From assembly GCA_016840485.1 (NCBI GenBank), contig JAEOSG010000001.1, forward strand, positions 11,178 to 75,177: a stretch of DNA of 64,000 nucleotides, written 5' to 3'. Source of the DNA: Candidatus Baldrarchaeota archaeon (GTDB taxonomy: Archaea; Asgardarchaeota; Baldrarchaeia; Baldrarchaeales; DXJG01). This document shows, piece after piece, positions 19,851-29,220 of this stretch; the stretch's first letter is position 1; the number at the start of each line of letters is the position of its first letter. The position numbers and the translations under genes are program-made. The notes below the pieces were generated by a model, which made no database searches, was not told the origin of the DNA, and worked only from the letters and a program-made list of their open reading frames with translations.

Positions 19851-20719
19851 AAGTTAGCCCAATAAGAAAATATCTGAGAGAAGAAAGATTACCCACAATC
19901 TTCTGTCCTGGATGCGGACTAGGAATCATAATGAACGCAACATTAACTGCTATTGACCAACTAAAAATAGACATAAATAAAATTGTAATGGTTTCTGGAA
20001 TAGGATGCTCAGGACGCATACCAGGATACATTAAAGTAGATTCACTTCACACAACGCATGGACGCGCAATAGCCTACGCCACAGGAATAAAATTAGCCAA
20101 TCCAGAACTCAATGTAATAGTATTCACAGGAGATGGCGACACAGGAGCAATAGGAATAGGTCACTTCATCCATGCAGCGAGAAGAAACATAGATATAAAA
20201 GTCATTTGCGTAAACAATCTAAATTATGCTTTAACAGGCGGGCAATTCTCGCCAACAACACCAAAAGGAGCTTGGACATACACTTCACCCTATGGAAACA
20301 TAGAAGGATTCTTCGACCTATGTGAACTAGCAGTAGCAGCAGGAGCATCCTATGTAGCCAGATGGACTGTTCGAGAAGTTTACAATTTAATTAACAGCAT
20401 GAAAAAGGCACTAAAAAAGAAGGGATTCTGTTTTATAGAGGTCGTATCACCATGCCCAACTAATTTTGGTCGAAGAAACAAAATGGAAACGTCGCAAAAA
20501 ATAATTAACTTCTTTAAAGAAAGAGAAATAAAGGTAAAAGATGCTAAAGGATTAAGCAGAGAAGAACTAAGAGGAAAACTAATAATAGGAGAATTCGTAG
20601 ACAGGGAATTGCCGGAATTCACAGAAACCTATAAAGAATTAATACTTGTCTCGCAAAAGAAATTCAAAGAACCTGAAAAGCCAGGATTAGCATGGATTGA
20701 GTTAGAAATAAGATATTAA
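19847..20719 (+). CDS. korB: 2-oxoacid:ferredoxin oxidoreductase, beta (TPP-binding) subunit
   Basis: FCPGCG and SGIGCS motifs. TPP motif is GDGD...NN. Confidence 0.85.
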   Translation: MKVSPIRKYLREERLPTIFCPGCGLGIIMNATLTAIDQLKIDINKIVMVSGIGCSGRIPGYIKVDSLHTTHGRAIAYATGIKLANPELNVIVFTGDGDTGAIGIGHFIHAARRNIDIKVICVNNLNYALTGGQFSPTTPKGAWTYTSPYGNIEGFFDLCELAVAAGASYVARWTVREVYNLINSMKKALKKKGFCFIEVVSPCPTNFGRRNKMETSQKIINFFKEREIKVKDAKGLSREELRGKLIIGEFVDRELPEFTETYKELILVSQKKFKEPEKPGLAWIELEIRY

Positions 20720-20731
20720 GGTGTTATTAAA

Positions 20732-21307
20732 ATGGGACGAACAGAAATAATCTTCGCGGGTCTAGGCGGTCAAGGAATGATTACAGCCGGAATAATTCTA
20801 GCCAGAACGATTGCAATATATGGCAAAAAATTTGTTGCACAATCACAGAGCTATGGACCCGAGGCTAGAGGTGGATCTGCGAGAAGTGAAGTAATAGTTA
20901 GTGATGAAGAAATAATTTATCCACATGTCATAAATCCTGACATATTAGTTATAATGTCTAAAGAAGCCATGGAAAAATATCTGAATAAATTAAAACCCAA
21001 TGGTATACTATTATACGACTCAAGCATCTTAGAGAGGCCGAAAAGAAAGAGTATCAACATATATGCTATTCCAGCAACAAAAATAGCATTTGAAAACTTG
21101 AACACAAAGACAGTCGCAAATATAGTTATGTTAGGAGCATTAATCCAAATAACAAAAATAATCAATAAAGAACTGGTTGAAAAAACAATAAAAGAAGTTT
21201 TTCCAGAAAAGTTCTGGGAAGTAGATATAAAAGCGTTAAACATAGGAGTAGAATTTGCTAAAAAATTTACCAGGTCTTCTCAAGAAGTTTCTCAGCAACA
21301 AAAGTAA
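20732..21307 (+). CDS. korC: 2-oxoacid:ferredoxin oxidoreductase, gamma subunit
   Basis: IIFAGLGGQGMITAG...SYGPEARGG is the gamma-subunit signature. Confidence 0.8.
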   Translation: MGRTEIIFAGLGGQGMITAGIILARTIAIYGKKFVAQSQSYGPEARGGSARSEVIVSDEEIIYPHVINPDILVIMSKEAMEKYLNKLKPNGILLYDSSILERPKRKSINIYAIPATKIAFENLNTKTVANIVMLGALIQITKIINKELVEKTIKEVFPEKFWEVDIKALNIGVEFAKKFTRSSQEVSQQQK

Positions 21308-21779
21308 ATACATCAAAAACATTCTCTCCAGTTTTCGCACTAGTTTCAAAATACGGTATATTAAGCCACTTTGTAATCATTTCTCCAGCTTGTGGCGGAA
21401 CTAGTCTTTTATCTTCTAGATCTATTTTGTTACCAACAAGAACTAAAAATCCTCCTCCGCTATGCTTGTAGAAAGCTTCTATCCACCTGTTAATTAAGAG
21501 AAAGGTTTCTGGGCGAGTAACATCGAAAACCAACACTCCCGCGGAAGCTCCTTTAAAATAATACTTCCTCATTATCTCAAAGCGTTCCTGACCTGAAAGA
21601 TCCCAAATCTGCAAAGTGACCTCCATATCACCAATTTTTACCTTTTTAACCGCAAAGTCAGCACCCAAAGTCGGTTTGTATTCTTCTGTGAATCTATTTT
21701 GACAAAATCTTATTATTAAACTAGTTTTTCCGACGCCGCCTTCACCAGCCATGCAAACCTTAAATAGAAATCTCTTCAA
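21267..21779 (-). CDS. Rab-like small GTPase (Ras superfamily)
   Basis: G1 GEGGVGKTS, G2 T in YKPTLGADF, G3 WDLSGQERF, G4 GNKIDL, G5 ETSAKTG. Rab-like YFKGASAGVLVFDVT. No C-terminal Cys. Confidence 0.85.
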   Translation of the reverse strand: MKRFLFKVCMAGEGGVGKTSLIIRFCQNRFTEEYKPTLGADFAVKKVKIGDMEVTLQIWDLSGQERFEIMRKYYFKGASAGVLVFDVTRPETFLLINRWIEAFYKHSGGGFLVLVGNKIDLEDKRLVPPQAGEMITKWLNIPYFETSAKTGENVFDVFTFVAEKLLEKTW

Positions 21780-22087
21780 AACAATCGCTCCTACTAGGTG
21801 CTAACATATAACTTCGATTCTTGTTACTTATAAAGATTTACAACTAACAATTGAAAAAAGGTCATCGGTTTACAAAAGTTAAGCCATCTTAAAAATTTAA
21901 AAGCCCATTTAAAGAGTTGTCGATGACAACTTTCTCTAATTTAACATTAAAACAGCTAATATGTAACAAAAGTCAATGTGTCTCAAAAACTAATTTCGAC
22001 AATAACCTAGTAATTGTAATAATGAATGCTAAAATAAAAAAGATTTTAGAGGCCTATAACACCCTACATCCATATATTTCTACTTCT

Positions 22088-22456
22088 TTACTCTTGGTAT
22101 GTAGCCTCTGACATATCATTACTTAAGTTAACCTTTGTAATTTCTCTTGAAATCGTTTTATAATTTCCATTTTTCCCTATTTGTAGTTTCATATGTCCCT
22201 TAAAAAGTACTGTGTAAGCATTTGTAATTTTTACAATGTCACCTACGTGAAAATCATTGACCTGTTCGTTCCAAAGCGTCATTTTTATAATCCCGCTTTC
22301 GTCACCAACAGTTATGTCGCAAACTCTCAAATGTCTTCTGGAACGCTGAGAGTAAAATTCTCTAGCTTCACTTCTTTCTAAAACTTTAACAACGAGATTA
22401 ACATTTCTGGATTCCGGTGTCAATTGTGATATTTTTACATCAGTGGATTCCTGCAT
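22088..22456 (-). CDS. single-OB-fold SSB paralog, no basic tail
   Basis: Parallel to the upstream SSB: VNLVVKVLE...RVCDITVGDESGIIKMTLWNEQV...GDIVKITNAY. Ends in a short acidic stretch. Confidence 0.7.
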   Translation of the reverse strand: MQESTDVKISQLTPESRNVNLVVKVLERSEAREFYSQRSRRHLRVCDITVGDESGIIKMTLWNEQVNDFHVGDIVKITNAYTVLFKGHMKLQIGKNGNYKTISREITKVNLSNDMSEATYQE

Positions 22457-22489
22457 GTTTCAAACCAGCTATAACTCGTACAAAAGAAG

Positions 22490-22939
22490 TTATCTTCTTC
22501 TCTTTCCTTCTTTTCTTTCTCTCTTCCAGCCACTATAGCCTCTACCTCTGTCGCTAAATCTTCTTCTGGGCTGAGAAAATTCCCTTAAACTCATGTTGTT
22601 TTCTTCGTTTACTTCAAAATCTTCCTCGTCGATTTTTTCAAAAGTGCCATATCTACCGACATTAAAACGCATTGTTCCTCTGAAAAGAGAAACATAACCA
22701 TTACTTATTTTCAAAATGTCACCTACAGATATATCGTCGATATGCTTGTCCCATAACGTCATAAGTATTGTTCCCGTTTCATCACCAACAGTTGCTTCTG
22801 CAACTCTATGGCTACTACCATCTCTACTACTTGTAACTTCTCTGACATCTCCTTTTTCGATGACTTTCACTTTTAAATTTACTCTACGGCTACGTGGGGA
22901 AAGATCTGAGACTTTCACAAATTTTGGACTAGTTTCCAA
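22490..22939 (-). CDS. ssb: crenarchaeal-type single-stranded DNA-binding protein (one OB fold + RG-rich basic tail)
   Basis: VNLKVKVIE...AEATVGDETGTILMTLWDKH...GDILKISNGY mirrors the Sulfolobus-type SSB core. The tail is RRRFSDRGRGYSGWKRERKEGKRRR. Confidence 0.8.
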   Translation of the reverse strand: METSPKFVKVSDLSPRSRRVNLKVKVIEKGDVREVTSSRDGSSHRVAEATVGDETGTILMTLWDKHIDDISVGDILKISNGYVSLFRGTMRFNVGRYGTFEKIDEEDFEVNEENNMSLREFSQPRRRFSDRGRGYSGWKRERKEGKRRR

Positions 22940-23166
22940 ACTTTATTACCTCTTTCTTGCGTATTACCCCGCTCCTCCAAGCCAAAAATTAGTCAGAGGG
23001 CGAAGCAACTATACATACGGAACATTACTTATAAAGTTTTCCATGAAAATTCGAACCGTGCTGCGAGGCGGTAAAGACTTAAATACCTGTAATTTATCTG
23101 AATAATTGTGGAGTATCTAATTTTGACCCATGAAATAAGTATTAATGTGCTGTTATAACAAATTTC

Positions 23167-23502
23167 TTATCTTCGAATTATTATTGTTTGCATTTCATCA
23201 AGAAGTTCAACTATTTCTCTAATTTTCTTCCAATCTAAGTTAAACCGCATATTAATGGCTGCAACGTCCTCTATATGTTCTGTTAAGTTCCTAACTTCTT
23301 CTTCATCTGCAAAAATGCACATAACTATTAGATGAGGTTTTTTAATCACCTTAATCACGCAACTTTTAATTCGTTTATTAACGAACTTAAATCGAAATGT
23401 TAAGTGATAGTCGAATATAATATTAGTAGCACTATTATTAAATTTTATGCTCATAAAATACTCATAGCCATAAAATAGTGAAATAATTAATAAGCCACTC
23501 AA
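23167..23502 (-). CDS. hypothetical protein
   Basis: ORF only, lying in a long AT-rich gap. The start is probably at internal MSIKF. Confidence 0.3.
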   Translation of the reverse strand: MSGLLIISLFYGYEYFMSIKFNNSATNIIFDYHLTFRFKFVNKRIKSCVIKVIKKPHLIVMCIFADEEEVRNLTEHIEDVAAINMRFNLDWKKIREIVELLDEMQTIIIRR

Positions 23503-23783
23503 AGGAAATTTTAGCCTATAAAATCGAATTAATTTTCCTTAACACATTTAACCATGATATTTTACACTATAAAGTCAAGTAAGCTTCCTACATTAAATAT
23601 TGTAACAAGCTTAAACAGATGCCATGTTTTTGCATGTTGATATCAATTATGAAATTAACTTTTTGAAAGCCGATTAAAACTGTAACTTATCGAAAAAGAA
23701 AATTCTAAGAACGTTCAGGTCTGTAAGATACTTTTTTATAGATATTTTTCAAATATTTTACAGAACATCCATGGTTGATCTAA

Positions 23784-24806
23784 ATGTTGATTGTAAACAA
23801 GGGAAGTGGACATTACATTCTCTTAAAAAATCCATCCTATGTTTTCAAGGTCAGCACAGCTCGCAAGTACCTTAGATACAGAGACTTCTTAACGTATGGA
23901 AGTCAATTAGTTCCAGAGAGAATAGGTTCCGAAACGTGGTCATTAGCTTGGGCGTACATTAGGCAAGTTGACGATATCTTAGATGACCCTAAAATGACAG
24001 CCGATAAATGTAACGAGTTCCTTGAAAATGAAATTCAAGTCGTAATCGATTCTTTTAATAATTCCTACGAATTCAAACCTGGAGAACCTCTAAGACACCT
24101 CTGGGCCAATCAATTCATAGAAAATGTCTACAAATATTATGATGATAGAGTTCGAAAAGTTGTATGGGACCTTTACGAAAGCGCGGTATTAGATATCAAA
24201 AGGAAAAGCAAAGTTCTCACCACAAAGGAAATGAAAAAGCTTCTTTATAAAAAAGCTGTCTGCTTCTTCAAACTATACTTTCTCTTAGGAAAATTTAACT
24301 TTGGAAAATACCTTAACGACCTAGCTGAAACTCTAGGCTTAGCCTTAGGAATGCTCGACGATGCACTTGACATAATCTATGACTATAAATCCAAATACAT
24401 CAACATTACAAAGGAAGAGCTAATGGAACTTGGAATCAATGTAAATCTCAGTGATAAGGATTTCATAAAACAACTTATAAAAAAAGGCTACTATAATTAC
24501 AAAAGCTACCAAATAATGAGGCTTTTATTAAGAGCTCGAAAACTAGCTAGAAAAATAAGAAGTATCTACCTTAGAAATCTGATTCTCAGACTCACAGAGG
24601 TCTTTGCATCTCCAATATTGGAAGGACGTTTCCTACCGGGACAGCAATACCTATTTAAAGGCGGAAGAATTTTAAAAGCATTACTACCAGAAAACGAAAT
24701 GGTAGCCTATAAAATCGGGCATCAACTAATGAAAATCGCTTTACTCTTCCCTCAAACGTTTCCAGGACTATTCAATGCCTTCTTTAAAACCAAAAGCCAA
24801 AATTAA
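23784..24806 (+). CDS. class-I isoprenoid synthase-like protein (squalene/phytoene synthase superfamily)
   Basis: Two Asp-rich motifs at the expected spacing: YIRQVDDILDD and LGMLDDALDIIYD. Confidence 0.5.
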   Translation: MLIVNKGSGHYILLKNPSYVFKVSTARKYLRYRDFLTYGSQLVPERIGSETWSLAWAYIRQVDDILDDPKMTADKCNEFLENEIQVVIDSFNNSYEFKPGEPLRHLWANQFIENVYKYYDDRVRKVVWDLYESAVLDIKRKSKVLTTKEMKKLLYKKAVCFFKLYFLLGKFNFGKYLNDLAETLGLALGMLDDALDIIYDYKSKYINITKEELMELGINVNLSDKDFIKQLIKKGYYNYKSYQIMRLLLRARKLARKIRSIYLRNLILRLTEVFASPILEGRFLPGQQYLFKGGRILKALLPENEMVAYKIGHQLMKIALLFPQTFPGLFNAFFKTKSQN

Positions 24807-24894
24807 ATAGCCCGAATTCTAAAATACTCTTGTCTTCTAAAGTCTACCTGCCATTATCTTGTAATTTTTAAGTTTGTAAACTTCTACTTCAAAA

Positions 24895-26065
24895 TTGGAG
24901 GGTCTAGATGTGGGTAAAATATCCGAGCCTGTTGAAAAACACACAGTATATCGTAAGGAAACTATAAACCTAATACCTAGTGAAAATATAATGACAAAGT
25001 CCTCTAGACATTTGCTTTGCTCCGATATTGTCCATCGATATGTAAATCTTCATCGAGTTTATGGTGGAACAAACTATAGCGATAAAATAATTGAAGAAAC
25101 ACGTAGAATAGCCAAAAAATCTTTAAAGCAAAATTCGCGTTTGTAGAACCGTTAAGCGGTAACATAGCGGTTTTAGCAGTTATATTAGCTTTTACAAATA
25201 TAGGCGACAAAGTTATGCTGGTATCACCTGATGACGGCGGCTACCCCATAAACTTGGAAAAGCTAGGCAGGAAACCACTATATTTCTCATTCAATAAAAG
25301 AAAAATGAACATAGAAGTTGAAAAAGCAAAAGAACTTATGTTGAAAGAAAAACCAAAACTTATTATATTTGGGTAAAGCTTATTCCTATTTCCTCACCCA
25401 GTAAAAGAACTTTCAGAAGCAACTGAAAAATCGGAGCAACTATAACCTACGATGGAAGCCACGTTCTAGGCCTTATTGCTGGAGGAGTGTTCCAAGACCC
25501 CTTAAGGGAAGGAGCACAAATTCTCTTTGGCAGTACTCATAAAACTTTCCCAGGCCCTCAAGGCGGCATTATTATAGGCAGTGGTGAAGAAGAGGAGAAA
25601 AAACTCTGGGAAGTCTTAGGCTTTCCAATAGTACTTGTTGACAATCCACATCTACATAGAATAGCGGCTTTAGGTGCAGCTCTTGAAGAATATGAAAAAT
25701 ATGGATCCAACTATGCCAAACAAGTCGTAAAAAACGCTAAAACTCTCGCTGAAGAGTTATATAAAAATGGAGTAAGTGTTGCATATGCCGATCTAGGCTT
25801 CACTGAAAGTCACCAAATATATTTACCCGTCAATTCTCTCGAAGAAGGAAGGAAAATTTGTAGTACACTCGAGAAAGCTGGAATCATAGTTGATATAATG
25901 GTCAGACTTGGAACACAAGAAGTTACAATGATTGGGATGAAAGAAAAAGAGATGAAGAAAATAGCAAACTTCATCGTTAGTGCACTAACCAAAAGTAAAC
26001 CCCTTGAAACTATTAAGGCTGAAGTAAAAGACTTTTTAACAACATTTAGGCAGAACGTTACGTAA
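24895..26065 (+). pseudogene. glyA: serine hydroxymethyltransferase, disrupted (2 frameshifts + 1 in-frame TAA)
   Basis: INLIPSENIM..., PLSGNIAVLAV..., and GSTHKTFPGPQGGII (PLP-Lys motif) lie in three frames. Shifts are at the T-run 25140-25142 and the A-run 25426-25430. TAA is at 25374-25376. Confidence 0.8.
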
Positions 26066-26511
26066 CAACGTATCCGGAGAATATAGTCAAGAATTTAATT
26101 TGCAATTTTATTTTTGTAGTTTTCATACGCTTGGCAACCTATCTTTTCTGGTAGCAATATTTCCTGAAATCCCAGACAGCATGGCGGTAAAATCCTTAAA
26201 AAGCAGATAACTTCGTTTATTTGCAGCAGTAAAATTTTAGGATACTCGATATTAGTAACATTAATTAAGGGCAAACAGAAAGATATTTTTAACCTATTAA
26301 CGTGCTGATGCCTCCATATGCCGAGAAGATGTGGACGCAGGTCAAAGAAAAAGAAAAAGAAAACCAAGGAAATTAAGAAATCTGGATAATTAATCTAAGG
26401 CATATAGCTGCTAATTAGCCACATATTCTTAACTTAGGCACTTTGTTTAAATATTCTTCTTTTCCTATTTGTAAATGAGTTAAGTCGAATATAGGTAAAT
26501 CGATTTGGGGG

Positions 26512-27279
26512 ATGATAATGCCCGAATTCGTTGAAATACGAACTGAACCAGAAGAGGCAAAACCTGAATTGGACGTGTCATTCGAATTATTGGATCTAGA
26601 CCTGCTTAAACCTCATGAAGAGTTAGATCCTAACGAATTGGAAGCGTTCATCGAAAGCGTGACAAGTTCCGGCATTTTTTGGAAAGCCGCCCTAGTATCC
26701 AAGGAAGGATACGTTATTTTGGACGGTCACCATAGGTGGGCTGGCCTCAAAAAATTAAATGCAAAAGTTATGCCTTGTATTCTTCTAGATTACGTAAATA
26801 ACCCCGAAGTAAAAGTATATACGTGGTATCCCTTTATTGTAGGGTCGCTAAACCATCTGATAGATGTTTTAAAAAATATCAAAGAAATCGATATCATTTA
26901 TGAAAGCAGTAAAGATATCATAATAGAAAAAGTTGAAAACATGGAAGCTGCCTTTGGCTTGATCCACTCAGATTCAAATAAAGACTTTATTCTAATAGTT
27001 GGAGACGAAGATCCCTATGATCTTCAAAAAATTATAATAAAACATTTAATTGATGATCAGAGAATCCAGTTGGGATATATTGATACAATTAAGGGTGCTG
27101 AAGAGCTATTAGCTCAACGTAAGGCAGTAGCCTATTTCGTTAGAAGGGCCCCTAAGAAGAAGGAAATTGTGGAACGAGCATCGAAAGGCAAGGTCTATCC
27201 ACCAAAAACAACACGACATTCCCTTCCATTTGTTCCCAGGAAAATACATGTGCCTTTAGATAAGCTATTAAACCCTTAA
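26512..27279 (+). CDS. ParB/Srx-fold protein, candidate free-serine kinase (SerK-like)
   Basis: ParB-like core LLKPHEE...YVILDGHHRWAGLKKL. About 255 aa, next to a CysK-family gene and the glyA remnant. Confidence 0.45.
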   Translation: MIMPEFVEIRTEPEEAKPELDVSFELLDLDLLKPHEELDPNELEAFIESVTSSGIFWKAALVSKEGYVILDGHHRWAGLKKLNAKVMPCILLDYVNNPEVKVYTWYPFIVGSLNHLIDVLKNIKEIDIIYESSKDIIIEKVENMEAAFGLIHSDSNKDFILIVGDEDPYDLQKIIIKHLIDDQRIQLGYIDTIKGAEELLAQRKAVAYFVRRAPKKKEIVERASKGKVYPPKTTRHSLPFVPRKIHVPLDKLLNP

Positions 27280-27386
27280 ACTTATTTTGTCGGATGTTCT
27301 TCGTTTTTCCTTAATGGCAATTTTTGCAACAAAATTTATAACTATGTTATATATCGTTGTTATATAATTATGGAGGAGTTCCCAAA

Positions 27387-28364
27387 GTGAAGGTAGCAGA
27401 GAGTGTTCTAGATTTAATCGGCAAAACGCCTCTCGTGAAAATCAGAAAACTCAATCCCAACAAAAATATAACAATATACGCTAAACTTGAATGGTATAAT
27501 CCCATGGGATCGGTAAAGGACCGCATAGCCCTAAAAATGATTGAAAATGCTGAAAAACGAGGGGAACTAACAAAAGACAAAATAATATTAGAACCAACTT
27601 CGGGTAATACTGGCATCGGCTTAGCAATGGTTGCTGCTGTAAAGGGATATAAGTGTGTATTTGTTATGCCTGCAAGCGTAAGCATTGAAAGAATGATACT
27701 CCTCAAAACTCTAGGGGCAGATATCACCCTAACACCTCCAGAAGAAGGCATGGATGGCGCAATAAAAAAGGCTCGCGGAATGGCTAAAGATCCTAAGTAC
27801 TTTATGCCTAACCAATTTGACAACCTCGATAATGCACAAGCACACTATGAGACCACTGGTCCAGAAATATGGAAACAAACAAATGGAAAAATTACCCATT
27901 TCATCGCTGGCATGGGTACTAGTGGCACACTAATGGGCGCAGGCAAATACCTAAAAGAGAAAAACCCAAAGATCCAAATCATTGGCGTTGAACCAGAACC
28001 TAACCATAAAATCCAAGGTCTTAAAAATATGAGCGAAGCTATCGTACCCAAAATATACGATGAATCCAAACTTGACAGAAAAATAGTAGTTACCACCGAG
28101 CAAGCTTATAAAACTGCTAGAGAATTAATGAGAAAAGAAGGCTTGTTTGTTGGGATGTCTTCAGGAGCAGCCATGTACGCAGCCATACAAGTGGCAAAAG
28201 AAGTTGATACAGGAGTCTTTGTTGTGATATTCCCAGATCATGGATTCAAATACCTAAGCACCCCACTCTGTATAAGCGAGGAAACACTAAAAACTCTACA
28301 AGAACTAAGTAAAGCTTTCAAAAGTTCAAAGATAGAAGTGTTTAAATCCGTAGAAGTTGTTTAA
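27387..28364 (+). CDS. cysteine synthase / O-phosphoserine sulfhydrylase (PLP fold type II, CysK/CysM family)
   Basis: PLP lysine context NPMGSVKDR. Also TSGNTGIGLA and GMGTSGTLMG. GTG start at 27387 with GGAGG 10 nt upstream (the track ORF begins at 27357). Confidence 0.85.
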   Translation: MKVAESVLDLIGKTPLVKIRKLNPNKNITIYAKLEWYNPMGSVKDRIALKMIENAEKRGELTKDKIILEPTSGNTGIGLAMVAAVKGYKCVFVMPASVSIERMILLKTLGADITLTPPEEGMDGAIKKARGMAKDPKYFMPNQFDNLDNAQAHYETTGPEIWKQTNGKITHFIAGMGTSGTLMGAGKYLKEKNPKIQIIGVEPEPNHKIQGLKNMSEAIVPKIYDESKLDRKIVVTTEQAYKTARELMRKEGLFVGMSSGAAMYAAIQVAKEVDTGVFVVIFPDHGFKYLSTPLCISEETLKTLQELSKAFKSSKIEVFKSVEVV

Positions 28365-28417
28365 GTTGTAGTTTTTTAATAAGTTTAACATTTCCTAGTC
28401 TGCTGCTCAACTTCGAA

Positions 28418-28849
28418 TTAATATTCTATTTCCTTTTCTTCTCTTCTTTTTTCCTTTTCTATAGATTCGATGGTAATTTTCACTGGTAGAAGAGGAGGTT
28501 TTAGTTCCATTTTTTCTGGAAACTGTAGCATAAGAAGTTTTGAAAGTTTCTGTTGCAATTCACTGGCAAGTTTTTTAACTAATTCGACCGGAGGAACTGC
28601 TGAATAAATATATGGCCTTCTTCCAAATCCAAAGCCGCCTTTCTTCTCCCTTTTTATAAACCCTGCATTGTACATTTCAATTAAGGCTTCTCTTACAGCG
28701 GTAGGATAAATACCCGTTCCTTCAGCTATTTGTTCTGCTGTTGCTTTTCCTACCTTGCATAGATAAACGTAGATTTTTGCTTGTGTTTCTGTCATTTTTA
28801 AATCTTTAAGGATCTGAATGATAGATTCTTCTAGCTTTTTCATGTTCAT
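28418..28849 (-). CDS. TrmB-like winged-helix transcriptional regulator
   Basis: N-terminal wHTH is LKMTETQAKIYVYLCKVGKATAEQIAEGTGIYPTAVREALIEMYNAGFI. Confidence 0.6.
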   Translation of the reverse strand: MNMKKLEESIIQILKDLKMTETQAKIYVYLCKVGKATAEQIAEGTGIYPTAVREALIEMYNAGFIKREKKGGFGFGRRPYIYSAVPPVELVKKLASELQQKLSKLLMLQFPEKMELKPPLLPVKITIESIEKEKRREEKEIEY

Positions 28850-29220
28850 ACCTCCAAGAGGTTATAGAGATGTAAGATATAAAAATCTTTTTATCATTGT
28901 AACAATGTCAAAATGAAAAAATTTAAATACCCAACAAACATCTTAATCATGGTGATGAAAAATGTTCTGGAAAAGAAAAACAAAAGAAGAAAAACTAAAA
29001 CAAAAAATTAAAAATATTTCCAAAGAATCAAAAGAGGCAGCAGAACTAGCAGGGCAAATAATACTTGAAAAAATACAAAAAATCCAAAAGAAAATATTCC
29101 CAAAATAAACAGCAAATTTAAAACGAATACAGCAAACTAACGAATTAACAACTCAATTTTTATGACTCTTACTTATTTATGTTAATTACAAAATAATGTA
29201 AAAAGGAGTTTTAACTAGTA

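Noticed and set aside
25374-25376. In-frame TAA in glyA as a recoded codon (Sec/Pyl or readthrough)
   Set aside because: TAA is not the Sec (TGA) or Pyl (TAG) codon. The same gene also carries two frameshifts, so a pseudogene is the simpler reading.
26095-26367. 90-aa minus-strand ORF between glyA and the ParB-like gene
   Set aside because: It starts by reading a poly-purine tract as poly-Phe, has no motif, and lies in a probable promoter region.
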